Source: Candidatus Latescibacterota bacterium
GTDB lineage: Bacteria > Latescibacterota > UBA2968 > GCA-2709665
Assembly (NCBI GenBank): GCA_965237675.1
Contig: OZ250150.1
Coordinates: 2,688,001 to 2,752,000, forward strand
Direction of reading: 5' to 3'
Length of the DNA stretch: 64,000 nt
Shown: positions 11,334-24,197 of the stretch, in pieces
How the letters are laid out: the number at the start of each line of letters is the position of its first letter
How positions within the stretch are numbered: the stretch's first letter is position 1
Program-made: the position numbers and the translations under genes
Notes under the pieces: generated by a model
What the model was told of the DNA's origin: nothing
The model's input: only the letters and a program-made list of their open reading frames with translations
The model's database searches: none

Positions 11334-11739
11334 CCCTCGTCGGGCTGGCTTAACTGTGGGGAGACACCAACCGGCAGCCCGTGAGGGACAGGCCCGTAGT
11401 ACTGATGATGCCGGGTAACGCCGGCGGAGGAAAGGGGCCTGACTTCGGACGCGTTTGTGCAGGGGACAACGGTATGAAGAGTGGCACAAGCCTAAAACCA
11501 CCAAAGAAAGACGAGGCGATTCCGGAACAGGCTTGGTCTTCAGGTGAAGATGCGTGGGCAGCGCAGACAGCGTGTGCCTGTAAGCGACGTCCGTCGGAGA
11601 GCCGGATGCTGTTAATTCGCACGTCCGGTTCGACGAGGGGGATGTGGAAACGGAGCATGGAGCGGCTATTGAGGCACCGCCAGACGAAAGGGGCGGATAC
11701 TGACAGGCCTCTAACCACAGCACTGCATCGTTACTCTAC
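11334..11739 (+). ncRNA. group II intron remnant (domains II-VI, RT ORF deleted, 5' part missing)
   Basis: DIII-like GGCCCGTAGTA...CCGGGTAACGCCGGCGGAGGAAAGGGGCC; DV GAGAGCCGGATGC...GCACGTCCGGTTCGACGAGGGG (about 11597-11640); DVI ending ...ACTCTAC at 11739. Confidence 0.85.
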
Positions 11740-11781
11740 GCCGACGGATGTTTCGGCAACGGCTACATATGAGAGGTTTCA

Positions 11782-14203
11782 TTGAACAATCGTCGTGTGC
11801 ATCCTACAGGCAGTAGCTCCTCAGGCCGCGGAACGAAATTGGCCTTGATATTCGCGGCCGTGTCCTTCGCCGTGTTGATTTGCTTAGGGACGCTATATTC
11901 ACAGGCGAGTATTCCGCGCTCCAACGGTTCCACAGACTTCGATGGCAACGACACGGTTGGCTTCAGCGATTTTATGCTGTTTGCGGATGTTTACGGATTA
12001 AGAAAAGGGGATGCCGGATACGATGTGCGGTTTGATCTGGATGGGGATGGCGCGATCGGACTCGGCGATTTTTTAATCTTTGCAAGTAGTTACGGTGAAA
12101 AGGTTGCTGTATCTGGTGTGGACCGGGAAGCTCTCGTGGCGCTGTACAATGCGACGGATGGGCCCAATTGGAAGAACAGCATAAACTGGTTGACCGAAGA
12201 GGATATTTCAACATGGTACGGTGTCAGGGTACAAAACGGTCGGGTCACGTCCCTTCACCTGGACAAGAATAAGCTGTCTGGAACAATACCCCCGGAACTG
12301 GGTCAACTCACGACCCTAACAGATCTGGTCCTCAGCCGGAATGGCTTAAGTGGAGGGATCCCGCCAGAGCTTGGCCAACTCACCAATCTTGAGAGTTTGG
12401 ATCTTTCGGTGAGCTCATTGAATGGGCCGATTCCGCCCGAACTTGGCCAACTCACCAGGCTCAAGCAATTAAGGCTCTGGATCAGCGGGTTAACCGGCGA
12501 GATACCACCGGAACTGGGTCAACTCACCGATCTCGAGTTATTGGACCTTAGTTGGAATAATAATCTGACGGGGACGATTCCGCCAGAACTGGGCCGGCTC
12601 ACGAAGCTCAAGGTCCTGGAGCTTGATTTGAATGATCTAACGGGCCAGATACCAAATGAACTGGTAGAACTCACCAACCTCGAGACGCTGGACCTTTCCT
12701 GGAATGATCTGACGGGCCTGATCCCCCCAGAACTGGCCCAAATCCGAAGCCTTACAGCGCTACGCCTTGGCACGAACGATCTGACGGGCACGATTCCGCC
12801 GGAACTGGGTCAATTGACAAATCTCGAATGGTTATCGCTTTGCGACAATGACTTGACGGGCACGATCCCGTCGGAACTGGGTCAACTTACCAATCTCAAA
12901 TGGTTATCGCTTTGCAATAATGAATTGACGGGCAGGATCCCGCCGGAACTGGGCGAACTTACCGAATTAAAAAGACTACGCTTCGATTACAACGAAGACC
13001 TGACCGGACCGCTGCCACAATCCTTTATCGGTCTCACCCTGGAACACCTCCAATTGGAAGAAACTCTGGTGTGTGTCCCACTGACCAACGAATTCCATGA
13101 ATGGCTGGAGGGGATACGTGTAAAGAAAATCGGCGATCGATGTCTCTATCCGGAACGTGATGCTCTGGTCGCGCTGTACAAGGCCACGGATGGATCAAAC
13201 TGGACCAACAGTGAGAACTGGTTGAGCCCGGAGGACCTCGGGGAATGGCACGGCGTGACGACTGATGCCGACGGGGGTGTGACCAAACTTAACCTGCAGG
13301 GAAACAACATGCGGGGCACGATACCTCACCCGATGGGACAGTTGACAAAACTCAAGACGCTTAAACTCTCGTCTAACGCCGCGCTGTCCGGACCACTGCC
13401 CTTAGATCTGACTCGGCTTACCCTGGACTCCCTCGCTCTGGACGGAACGCAGCTGTGCGCGCCTCCGCAGGCGGAATTCCACACGTGGCTCAATGGGATA
13501 CCCGAAAAGACCGAAGTAGCGCGGTGTACCGACGCGCGTGCGGATTACTATGCCTTGGTGGAGCTGTACAACGGCACGGATGGATCGAACTGGAAGAATG
13601 CGACGAATTGGGCGAGCACCGCGCCGCTGGGCGAATGGTATGGCGTGACGACCGATGCCGGCGGCCGGGTGACCAAACTGGACCTGTTTCAAAACAACCT
13701 GAGAGGGGCGATACCTCGCCAACTGAGCCAATTGACCCATCTCGAATGGTTAAGGCTCGGCGATAATGAATTGACGGGAACGATCCCGCCGGCCCTTGGG
13801 AAATTGACCGATCTCGAAGACCTGAAACTTGGCGCGAATCAGTTAAGGGGTGAGATCCCCTCAGAACTCGGACAACTCACCAGTTTGAGAAACCTGGGCC
13901 TCTTCAGGAATCAGTTAAGTGGGGAGATCCCCTCGGATCTTGGACACTTGACGAATCTCAGAGCCTTGGTGCTTCAGGCCAATCGGTTATCGGGAAGTAT
14001 TCCATCGGAGCTTGGACAACTCACGAATCTCGCGGTGCTTGGACTTTCAGGTAACTGGTTGAACGGCGAGATACCCCCGGAACTTGGACAGTTAACAGAT
14101 CTCCACTATCTGAACCTGGCCGGAAATGAGTTAACGGGGGAAATTCCACCGGAACTCGGGCAGCTCATCAATCTTGGCCAACTCTCTATCCAAGGCAATG
14201 AGT
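11782..14203 (+). pseudogene. leucine-rich repeat protein with N-terminal dockerin-like domain, 5' part (interrupted by IS256)
   Basis: Hydrophobic leader; DFDGNDTVGFSDF..DLDGDGAIGLGDF; three N-caps of type DREALVALYNATDGPNW; plant-type 24-aa LRRs LxGxIPPELGQLTNL. Confidence 0.88.
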
Positions 14204-15628
14204 GGGATTGTGCCTATCTTAGTTGAAATAGAAGAGGCTCCGATGTAAATTGGATACGGCAGTCTCGACGAAGAAGACCGTATCCTCAACCAAAGGAGCC
14301 TGTGATGAAAAAAGTACCGTCGAACCTCCGTGAAGTCAAGTCGAATAGGGATGCCGGGGTGACGTCTGGCGCCTTCCTGGGAGAAGCCCTGGAGGATGTT
14401 GACGTCCGTGTGGCATTGATCCAAGCGCTGATCCCGCTTGGTCTGGACGCTGTGGCAGAAATCTTGCAGCAAGAGGTTGCCGGGTTGACGGGCAAGAAAC
14501 ACAGTCGTAAAGCGGGCAAGACCCCGAATCGTCGGTGGGGCGCTCAACCGGGATCGGTGTATCTGTCGGATCAAAAAGTGCCCATTACGGTGCCCAGGGT
14601 GCGTGACGTGGAAGCCAATGAGGAAGTTCCTCTGGAGGTATATCACCACTTGCAGCGACCCAGAAACATGGACGGAGGGTTGCTGCTGCGCGTGGTCAGC
14701 GGCATTGCGACGCGTTCTTACGCCAGTTGCGCAGAGGCGATACCCGAGGCGTTTGGCTTGTCTTCATCGAGTGTCTCGAGGCGGTTCATCAGGGCATCGG
14801 CGGCCAAGCTGAGACAGTTTCAAGAACGGTTTCTTTCGGGCTATGACCTGGTGGGGCTGTTTATGGATGGCAAGACCTTTGCCGATCAGGAAATGATCAT
14901 CGCCCTTGGCGTGACCATCGACGGGCACAAGATCCCGCTGGGGTTCGTGCAGGCCGCCAGCGAAAATGAGCGCGTGTGCCGCCAGTTTGTCGATTCGCTC
15001 ATCGATCGCGGATTGCAGTATCACCAAGGGCTGCTTTGCCTCATCGACGGCTCAAAGGGCTTGTATAGTGCCCTCACAAAAGCCCTTTCCGGTTATGTCG
15101 CCATTCAACGCTGTCAGTGGCACAAACGGGAGAACGTGATCGCCTATTTGCCCAAGACACAGCAGAGTGAGGTCAAGAAAGCGCTTCAAAGTGCCTACGA
15201 CATGGACACCTACAAAGAAGCCAAAGCCGCGCTGTATGCCCTCAAGCCCTCCCTGACCCTGATGAATGCATCGGCCCTCAACAGCCTGGAGGAAGGGCTC
15301 GAAGAAACCCTCACCCTCCATCGCCTGGGACTGATGCCACAACTCAAGCAATCGTTTCGCACCACCAACTGCATCGAATCCCTCAACGCCATGATCGCAC
15401 AGCGCACCCGTAATGTGAAACGATGGAACAACTCCGATCAGCGATATCGGTGGTTGGCAGCCGCGCTGTTGGATATCGAGCCCCGATTGCGGAGGATCAA
15501 AGGATACCGCTTTCTTCCCGTACTCAGACTTGCCCTACGCAATCATCTCGCGCTCGATCATGACACGCAAAACGCTTTCGCCGCTGATTGAACGCCTCTG
15601 CTATTTCAACTAATAATAGTACTTGCCC
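14204..15628 (+). mobile_element. complete IS256-family element with 8-bp target duplication CAATGAGT
   Basis: Imperfect inverted repeats GGGATTGTGCCTATCTTAGTTGAAATAG and (reverse complement) GGGCAAGTACTATTATTAGTTGAAATAG; CAATGAGT at 14196-14203 and 15629-15636. Confidence 0.93.
14302..15591 (+). CDS. IS256-family transposase
   Basis: VPRVRD, LFMDG, LIDGSKGL, QRCQWHK, RTTNCIESLN motifs. Confidence 0.93.
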   Translation: MMKKVPSNLREVKSNRDAGVTSGAFLGEALEDVDVRVALIQALIPLGLDAVAEILQQEVAGLTGKKHSRKAGKTPNRRWGAQPGSVYLSDQKVPITVPRVRDVEANEEVPLEVYHHLQRPRNMDGGLLLRVVSGIATRSYASCAEAIPEAFGLSSSSVSRRFIRASAAKLRQFQERFLSGYDLVGLFMDGKTFADQEMIIALGVTIDGHKIPLGFVQAASENERVCRQFVDSLIDRGLQYHQGLLCLIDGSKGLYSALTKALSGYVAIQRCQWHKRENVIAYLPKTQQSEVKKALQSAYDMDTYKEAKAALYALKPSLTLMNASALNSLEEGLEETLTLHRLGLMPQLKQSFRTTNCIESLNAMIAQRTRNVKRWNNSDQRYRWLAAALLDIEPRLRRIKGYRFLPVLRLALRNHLALDHDTQNAFAAD

Positions 15629-17696
15629 CAATGAGTTGGCGGGAGCGATACCCGGCGAACTTGGAGGATTGGCGAAACTAACTGATTTAACTCTTCGCAC
15701 AAATGAGTTAACCGGACCGATACCAGCGGAACTGGGACGACTAACCAATCTCCAAAGGCTGTTTCTAGGCAAGAACCAACTGACGGGTGAGATACCTTCC
15801 GCGCTGGGACGTATGGTCAATCTCCAAGTATTGTCGCTGCCGCAAAACGCGCTGACGGACCGGCTGCCACCCGATCTTGGACGATTGACCAATCTTGAAG
15901 AATTGGACCTCTCATCAAACCGGATGACGGGTGAGATACCGAATGAATTGGGTCAGCTCACCAATCTCAAGCGGCTGGACCTCAGACTGAACCTGTTGTC
16001 CGGTGCGATACCCCCGGAGCTCGGCAATCTCAACAGCCTGCAGTCGCTGAACCTCGCATCCAATGGCGGCTTGTCGGGGAGCCTTCCGCACACATTCACC
16101 GGACTTGCCCTCGAATCTCTGCAGTTGAAGGAGACGCTGCTGTGCGTGCCACAGGATGCCGAGTTCCAGGCGTGGCTCAGAGAGATTCCCGACAGCCGGG
16201 TGCCAAACTGCATATTTACCGACGTGTCAACGGCCTACCTGACGCAGGCGACACAGTCCCTCGAGTATCCCGTACCGCTATTAGCCGGCGAGGCTGCTTT
16301 CTTGCGGGTGTTCGTCACCGCGGCGCCGGAAGTTTATGCCGCCATGCCCCCCGTGAGGGCAACCTTCTATCTAAACGGCGCCGAGGTGCATAATACGGAA
16401 ATAGACGGGCAGACGTCGAGCATTCCCTGGCAGATCAACGAGGGATCACTCTTGAATTCGGCCAATGCGGTGGTGCCGGCCTCGGTCGTGATGTCGGGAC
16501 TGGAGATGGTGGTCGAGATCGATCCCGACCGGACGCTGGACGCGGGTCTGGGCGTCGGGGTCCGTTTACCCGCCACGGGTCGAACGGTTGTTGACGTGAG
16601 GTCCTTGCCGCCCTTCGAGCTGACGCTGGTCCCGTTTCTGTGGATCGAGGACCCGGACCGTTCCGTTTTGACGGAAATGGAGGATCTCTCGTCCGAATCC
16701 GATCTGTTCCGGTTGACCCGCGATATCCTTCCGGTGAGCGATTTTCAATTGACTATTCACGAGCCCGTGTCGACTTCGGTCGATCCCACCGGCGACAGCC
16801 ATGAGACGTTAATGCGTGAAACCGAGTTGATTTATGCCATGGAAGGTGCCCGAGGTCATTATATGGGCATCTTCAGAGAGAAGGGTGAGGGTGGCTTACT
16901 GGGGATAGCAAAGTTACCCGGATACGTAAGTCTGTCCGTCCTCGACGAAAACGTCATCGCCCACGAAATCGGGCACAACCTGAATCTCTATCACGCCCCC
17001 GGGTGTGGCGCAATTGGTACGGATCCCGACTATCCGACGGACGACGGCTCCATCGGCGCGTGGGGATACGATTTCCTCAACGAAACGCTTGTCAATCCCG
17101 AAACATCGGACCTGATGACGTACTGCAAGCCGCGGTGGATCAGCGAATTCAGCTATTCCAGGGCGCTACGACATCGCTTCCATGACAGGGGCTGGCGCGA
17201 GGCGGCGGCCTACGGGACCTCGACGAAGGGCCTGCTGTTGTGGGGCGGATTGAACGGGGACAAGGAACTCTTCCTTGAACCCGCGTTTGTGGTCGACGCC
17301 CTGCCTTCTCTCCTTCCTACGGAAGGTCCGTACCAGCTCACGGGCGTGGATGAAGACGGTAGCACGGTCTTCGACCTGAGATTCGATATGGCCGAGATCG
17401 CCTGCGGCGGCGAGGGCCGCGTCTTCGCCTTCATTCTTCCGGCGCAGCCGGATTGGGCCGGCAGGCTGGCGCGCATCTCGTTTTCCGGTCCTGAAGGCGT
17501 CTCCACGCTGGATGGCGAGGATGACCCCTCCGCTGCGCTGCTGCTGGACCGTACCACGGGAGGTGTTAGGGGCATCCTGCGGGACTGGGCAGAGCCGGCC
17601 GCAAAGCGCGCCGCCGCCAGCCTTGGGCTACCGGAACCGGACCTGGAGGTCCTCGTCAGTCGCGGCATTCCGGATGCGGCGTCATGGACGCGATGA
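15629..17696 (+). pseudogene. LRR protein 3' part with zinc metallopeptidase (M66-like) domain
   Basis: LRRs resume in frame (QGNE|LAGAIP); AHEIGHNLNLYHAPGC, WGYD, DLMTYC Met-turn. Confidence 0.85.
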
Positions 17697-17829
17697 CCTG
17701 AAATGGTGGATCTCTCCTTCGTGCCTTTGTGTGAGTTGCTTGTTGGTGCAGGAAAGGGGGCGGTTCACGAACTCCTCTTACGCAGATTAGTGGCCTGCCA
17801 ACAGGGTCTAACTGTATCTTGAGCTCTTG

Positions 17830-18166
17830 GGGCTATGTTATCTGCTGCATTTTTTTCGCCGTCGAAATTAGCTCTGAATCGCCTAAGCGATGGAACGATG
17901 ATCTGAGTGATCCCTGTTATAAATGACGAACAGTTTCGCGGGTGCGTTGTGGCACTCGATGCGATTCATCCAAGAGGCGTTTGTGGCCGTGAAGACGAGT
18001 TCGACATTGGCCTTCTGGCACCATTGAAGGACTTCCTTCTACAAATGGGTTCGCACGTTGTCCCGGAACGATATACAGCTTTAGTTGATCTTTATACCGG
18101 CCTCTGATGGCCTTCAGGAAGCTGAGCACGTCCTGAAAGCGCTTCCGATTCTTGTGATGCATCCAC
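17830..18166 (-). pseudogene. IS630-family transposase C-terminal fragment
   Basis: RKRFQDVLSFLKAIRGRY..KLYIV, then after a frameshift NVELVFTATNASWMNRIE; internal stops. Confidence 0.7.
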
Positions 18167-19422
18167 TAGTGGTCGATTTCAGAAATAGGTATAATGTTGT
18201 CTGGAACCGGGTGTGTGCTTATAATAAGGTTGTCTCCCCGACCGCGTTGGGAGGTAACCGATGCCTGGACCGAAGCCGAAGTATCAACCCGAGTTTGAGA
18301 CGGAGGAGATCGCAGAGGCTCGTAGGATTGCACGACAACGAACGGCACCCAGCTCCCATGTTCACCGGGCCAAGATGGTCGTGATCTTGTCGGAGCATCC
18401 GGACATCTCGCACGAGAGGCTGGCTCAAGCCGTTGGGGTGCACCCGAGAACGGTGATGAAATGGCGAAAGCGCTGGTCGGTTGAGGGTTTTTCACTGTTG
18501 GATCAGCCTCGTAGTGGAAGACCCCCGGTTTTTCCCCCCCGAAAGCGTCGCTGAAATTAAGGCCATCGCCTGCCAATTGCCAGCCGTGCGGGAGATCCCG
18601 CTTTCCCGCTTCAGCCTCGCAGAGATGCTTCGGGAAATCCGTTCGGAGTCCACCGTGTCGATCTCCAGGAGCACGCTGTGGCGTCTCCTCAAACAGGACG
18701 CCATTCGTCCCTGGTTTCACCGATCCTGGATCTCTGTCAAGGATCCGCGCTTTCTGGAAAAAGCGGGCCCCGTTTTGGATCTGTATCAAGGTGATTATGA
18801 GGGCGTGCCACTGGGGCCCAAAGACTACGTCCTCAGTGCGGACGAGAAATCGCAGCTCCAGATCCTGGAGCGGGAGTTCCCGTGTTCACCGCCGGGACCG
18901 GGCAAACCCATTCACTGTGAGTCGGACTACAAGCGCCACGGGACCGTGGCCTACCTGGCCGCACTCGATATCAGAAGCGGAAAAATCTTTGGTCGTGTGG
19001 ATCAAACCACGGGGATCGAACCCTTTCAGGCTCTGGTCGACCTCGTGATGAAGCAGGAGCCGTATGCTTCGGCCGAACGCGTGTTCTGGATCCTCGACAA
19101 TGGGGCTTCCCATCACCCGTCGACCTCCCCTGCGCGACTCCGGAAGGCTTACCCGAACCTGATCGCCATCCATCTTCCCGTCCACGCAAGCTGGCTCAAC
19201 CAAATCGAGATCTACTTCTCTATCCTTCAAAGAAAGGCACTTACGCCCAACGACCTCGCAGACAGAAAGCAAATGGAAGACCGAATCCTCGGTTTTGAGC
19301 GCCGCTACAACCAAACTTCCAGACCCTTCAACTGGCGATTCACCCGCAACGACCTCGAAGAAAGGCTCCGCGAACTCAAAATCGCCGCCTAACTTGATAC
19401 TAACTTCTGAAATCGACCACTA
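18167..19422 (+). mobile_element. IS630-family element with TA ends
   Basis: Inverted repeats TAGTGGTCGATTTCAGAA and TTCTGAAATCGACCACTA, each in a CTAG context. Confidence 0.92.
18261..19392 (+). CDS. IS630 transposase in two overlapping ORFs (HTH 18261-18554; DDE 18481-19392), probable frameshift at the T/C run near 18529-18540
   Basis: RAKMVV..WRKRW...DQPRSGRPP; SADEKS, DYKRHGT, ILDNGASH, HLPVHASWLNQIEIYF. Confidence 0.9.
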
Positions 19423-22400
19423 GTCCCGACGTCGAACTCATTTCGTCACGTAAATTTCCACCGAACACGGAAGACATTTCCCTTCAATTCAAGGTGGCGG
19501 ATACTGACGGGCTTCACCAGTTGATCCTGTTTACCACCACGCCACCTCTTCACTGGGGTAGCGGATTCCCTGAAGTGGAGGCGTGGCGGGGATTGGCGAA
19601 GGAGGAACGTGCTGTCGTTGACTTCAGGTACGAGCGCGATCCCTCAGGGATGATTCAAAGCCCTGATTTAGAGAAGATCCATATCAACGCGCTAGACACG
19701 GATGGGAACGTACTGCAGGCATCGTTCAATCTCGTGAGTATTTCGCCTTATCATTACGCAACACTTGAGGGGCATACGCACTGGGTCTTCAGCGTGTTAT
19801 TCTCACCGGACGGAAGAGTCGTGGCTTCCGGTTCATACGATAATACGATGCGGCTCTGGGACGTCGCCACGGGCAAGACTCTTTCCACCCTTTTGTATGC
19901 AAGCTCAATCGTTTCGATGGCATTTTCGCCCGATGGGACGACCGTCGCTTCCGGGCTGAACAATGGAAATGTACTACTATCGGACGTTGCGACGGGCAGA
20001 CACATCACGACTCTCCGGGGGCATACGAATGATGTACGGTCAGTTGCGTTCTCGCCCGACGGGTCTACGCTAGCTTCCGGATCCTACGACAACACCGTGA
20101 AGCTCTGGGACGTTAGTGCGGGAAATACAATCTCCACACTCGTAGGTCATACGGATGGCGTGCAGTTGGTGTTGTTCGCTCCTGACGGGAAAGCGCTAGC
20201 TTCCAGGTCAAGGGACAAGTCGGTAAGGCTTTGGGACACGGTGGCCGGCACGCGCCTCGCGACGCTTCCGCATTCACATCCAGTCTCTTCGGTGTCTTTT
20301 TCGCCCGATGGGACGACTCTCGCTTCCGGAGCGGACGATAACAATGTCCGATTGTGGGCGGTTGCTACAGGAGAACTCATCGACACTTTTAAGGGGCACG
20401 CGCGAGCAGTCTCTTCGGTGTCTTTTTCGCCCAATGGGAAGATTCTGGCCTCGGGGTCATTCGACAACACAGTCAGGCTATGGCGAGCAGATGAGGGAAT
20501 GGCCATCGCCACATTGCGGGGCCACGAGAGTGGGGTCACCAGGTTGTTGTTTTCGCCTGATGGAACGCTCCTGGCTTCAGCGGCTTGGGACCATACTGTG
20601 AAGGTATGGGACGTTACCACGGGTGCGAGTCTTGCTACCTTTCCACATACGGAAACGGCCGCTTCGATATCGTTTTCACCGGATGGGAGGCTCCTCGCTA
20701 CTTCGGAAAACAAAACTGTCGAGTTGTGGGATCTGTCCACATGGACCTTACCCCGTGCGCAAACCGTGAAGATAATCTCAGGCGACAACCAGGAAGGCGC
20801 ATCCGGCGCCGCATTAGCTGATCCGCTGATCGTTGAAGTACGAGATCAACTCGGTGAGCCAATATCGGGTGCGCAGGTCACGTTTACGGTCATAGCAGGC
20901 GATGGTAGCTTCAGCAGTGGATTCACGACATTGAATGCCAAAACGGGTCCGGACGGCAGAGCGCAGGTACTCCTCACCCTGGGTCCCAATCCGGGACCGA
21001 ATACCGTCAGGGCATCGATCGCCGAACTCGTAGTGGAAACGTTCAACGCCGTGGGCCTTGGGTCATCTGTTGTAACGGATAACGCCCTCGACTATCCGAC
21101 GTGGCATCTGCCACGAGGGGCCGCCCTGCGTCTGGGAAAGGGTGTCATCGGCCAAAGCGACCGTGCGATTGCTTTTTCTCCTGACGGCAAGCTTGTTGGG
21201 GTGGCAAGTGGCATTGGCGTCTGGCTATACTCGGTGGAAGACCCGGAAAAAGTCACTCTGCTTCGCTCAGACCTTGTCAATTCGTTGTCCTTTTCCCCTG
21301 ACGGCAGAACGCTTGCCTCGGCGGGCGGAGTGTTTGAAAAGGAGGAGATCAAGCTGTGGGATGTGGCAACGAGAACCAGTACACGGATTGCTAATGGATG
21401 GTACTCCGCCGATGTCACGTTTTCTCCGGATGGCAGGGTCCTCGCATACCGTGCAAGAGATGGGTCGAATATCGAATTGTGGGATCTCGCTTCGGGGACT
21501 TCTGCGACCACCAAAGGCAGCGATGACGACGGTCTTATTACCAGTCTGACGATTTCACCAGATGGAGCCACCCTCGCATCTGGGTTTAATGACGGCAAGA
21601 TAAAGCTGTGGGACATGGTAACGCGCACCTATGCCGCCACGCTTGACGGGCATCCCCGTGAGGTCCACTCTGTGGCCTTTACTCCGGACGGCAACACTCT
21701 CGCCTCTGCGTCCAGTGACGGGACGGTAAGGCTGTGGGACCCGGCGTCGGGAACCAACGTTGCTACCCTGCGGGATCACGGCAGTAGTGTTATCAGCATT
21801 GTGTTTTCTCCTGACGGCTCCATCTTCGCCACCGGGGCATGGAACGGTGATATAAAACTCTGGCATACGGCGACGCTTGGAAATTTCGATGCGTTAAATG
21901 GCCACGGGGATCTTGTTAGGGCGGTTTCATTCTCTCCGAATGGGAACACCTTCGCCACCGGTTCCATAGATGGCACGGTCAAGCTGTGGGATCTGGCATC
22001 GGGAAACGCCACCACCATTTCCGGTCATTCGGCAGCGATTTTTGGCATGGCTTTTACACCGGACGGGTCAACACTGGCTTCCTACTCCAGTTCACTTCAA
22101 GGAAAGGTTGAAATATGGGATGTTGCAACGGGACGATTGGTCGCCGCCCTTGGTGAGCATAGGTGTTCTCCCGTTGAGACATTGGCCATTTCACCGGATG
22201 GGACGACGCTCGCCACAGGTTCACAGGACAGGACCGTCCGGCTATGGGACCTTCATACACACACAAATTTCGCTACGTTGGAACACGACCATAAAGTGTG
22301 GGTGGTTTCCTTTTCACCCGATGGAAGGATGCTGGCATCCGCGGGTGGGAGATCAGTCAACCTGTGGAACGTCAGAACACAAGACAAGATTGCGGAGTTT

Positions 22401-23369
22401 AACGGTCTTCGTGATGCGGTTACAGCTCTTGCTTTCTCACCAGACGGAGCAACTCTGGCTTCGGGACTGTACTATGGCGAGATCAGGGTTTGGGACCTGT
22501 TGACCGGTACAACCGTTGCCGTACTTGCTGGATCTTCCGCACGGATTCTCTCGTTGTCCTTCTCTTCCGACGGAACACGGCTTACGTCCGGTTCGTACGA
22601 TGATGTCGTGAGGGTGTGGGACCTGGTGAAAGGCAGCACTCTCGACACACGGAAAGCAAAGTGGACTCAAGATATGGCATTTTCTTCCGACGGGACGATG
22701 TTTGCCACCGGTTCAGGCGACCGAATGGTCAGACTCTATGATATGTCGACAGGCGACATAGTCTCCACCTTTGGAGGGCATGCGCACTGGATCCACAGCG
22801 TGGTGTTCTCGCCTGATGGCAATACCCTGGCGTCGGGATCCAACGACGGCACGATTCTACTGTGGGATCTGCAACGCATTCATTCCGTGCCCTATCTTGT
22901 AAAGGGGGTCTCCGGCATTGAGCAGAAAGGGCCGGCAGGGACCGTGTTAGCCAAGCCGTTTGTCGTCTCGGTGCGGGACGAAAACGGGGAACCTTACGCC
23001 GGTGCCGTTGTCACCTTCGTCGTTACTGCCGGCGGAGGCACGCTTTCCGTAACCACCGACACGACCGATGCCAGCGGAAAGGCCGGCACGACCCTGACTT
23101 TGGGAACAAAGCCGGGGACAAACACCGTTGTCGCAACGGTCGCTGATCTCGAGCCATTGGCCTTTACTGCTATTGGCGAGGCCAACCCCGACTATGATGG
23201 AGACGGTAAGGTTGGCTTTGGCGATTTTCTGCTATTTGTGGAGAGGTTCGGTCTCAGTCAGGATGACGACGGATATGAAGCGCGGTACGATCTGGATGGT
23301 AATGGCGAGGTGGGATTTTCGGACTTTCTGATATTCGCAGGCGACTTCGGGAAGACTGTAGGGAATTAG
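19422..23369 (+). pseudogene. WD40-repeat/Ig/dockerin-like protein, paralogue 1, 5'-truncated (lost signal peptide and peptidase domain)
   Basis: Sequence right after the IS630 end matches 29659 onward of paralogue 3. Many GH..V.SV.FSPDG..LASGS.D.TV.LWD repeats, two invasin-type Ig domains, C-terminal DYDGDGKVGFGDF..DLDGNGEVGFSDF. Open frame 19494-23369. Confidence 0.85.
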
Positions 23370-23499
23370 GCTGTACTTCGGTTGGATATTATGATGTTGG
23401 CGGTGGGGTGGTTCGGACTGCCATTCGGACTGGCGATTTTCATTCACGGATGTCCGTTTTTTAGGGACGGTTCGTGAACCGCCCGTTTTGCACGTGCAC

Positions 23500-23917
23500 T
23501 TCACGCGACGACGCGCTGCGCATCCTCAAGCAGCACTACAAGCTCGTAATCCTTTCCAACGTCCACCGCGGCGGCATCGCCGCCTCGAACCGCAAGCTGG
23601 GCGTAAGTTTCGACGCCATCTATACGGCGGAAGACATCGGGTCCTACAAGCCCGCCGACGCCAACTTCGAGTACCTGATCGCCAACCAGAATGCGGACTT
23701 GGGCTTCGAACCCTCGGTCGTACTGCACACCGCGCAGAGTCTGTACCATGACCACGTACCTGCGAGGAAGTTCGGGTTGGCCACCGCTTGGATTGGCCTG
23801 CGGCGGTTGTCGGAGGGCGGGAGTTGGGGCGCCACCGAGCGCGTGGAAACGATGCCGAAGACCGACTACGTCTTCTTCTCGCCCGGCGAGATGGCGAAAG
23901 TGGTTGCGGGCATCTGA
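23500..23917 (+). pseudogene. haloacid dehalogenase type II (HAD) C-terminal fragment
   Basis: DALRILKQHYKLVILSNV...TAEDIGSYKP...LHTAQSLYHDHVPA; N-terminal DxxGT motif absent. Confidence 0.8.
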
Positions 23918-24197
23918 AGCCTGACTGCGACTCCTGAACCCGCCACGCCCTCCAGTAAATCATCAGGTTTCTTTGTAGAAGTACGTTAAGATTCGTTTTT
24001 CGGTAACGTCGCAATCGATAACTCTTTTAGCGGCAAGCCTCTGGCGATAGCATATATTCCGATTTCGCATAATGCCTCGTGGGAGCAATCGATCCGCATC
24101 GAGCAGGCGTTGCAAGATCAGCCACCGATCCGCACCTCGGCCAACGTATCGGACTGGATTCTGTGCGAATACAGTTAAGAAAGACGAGGATTTAGCA

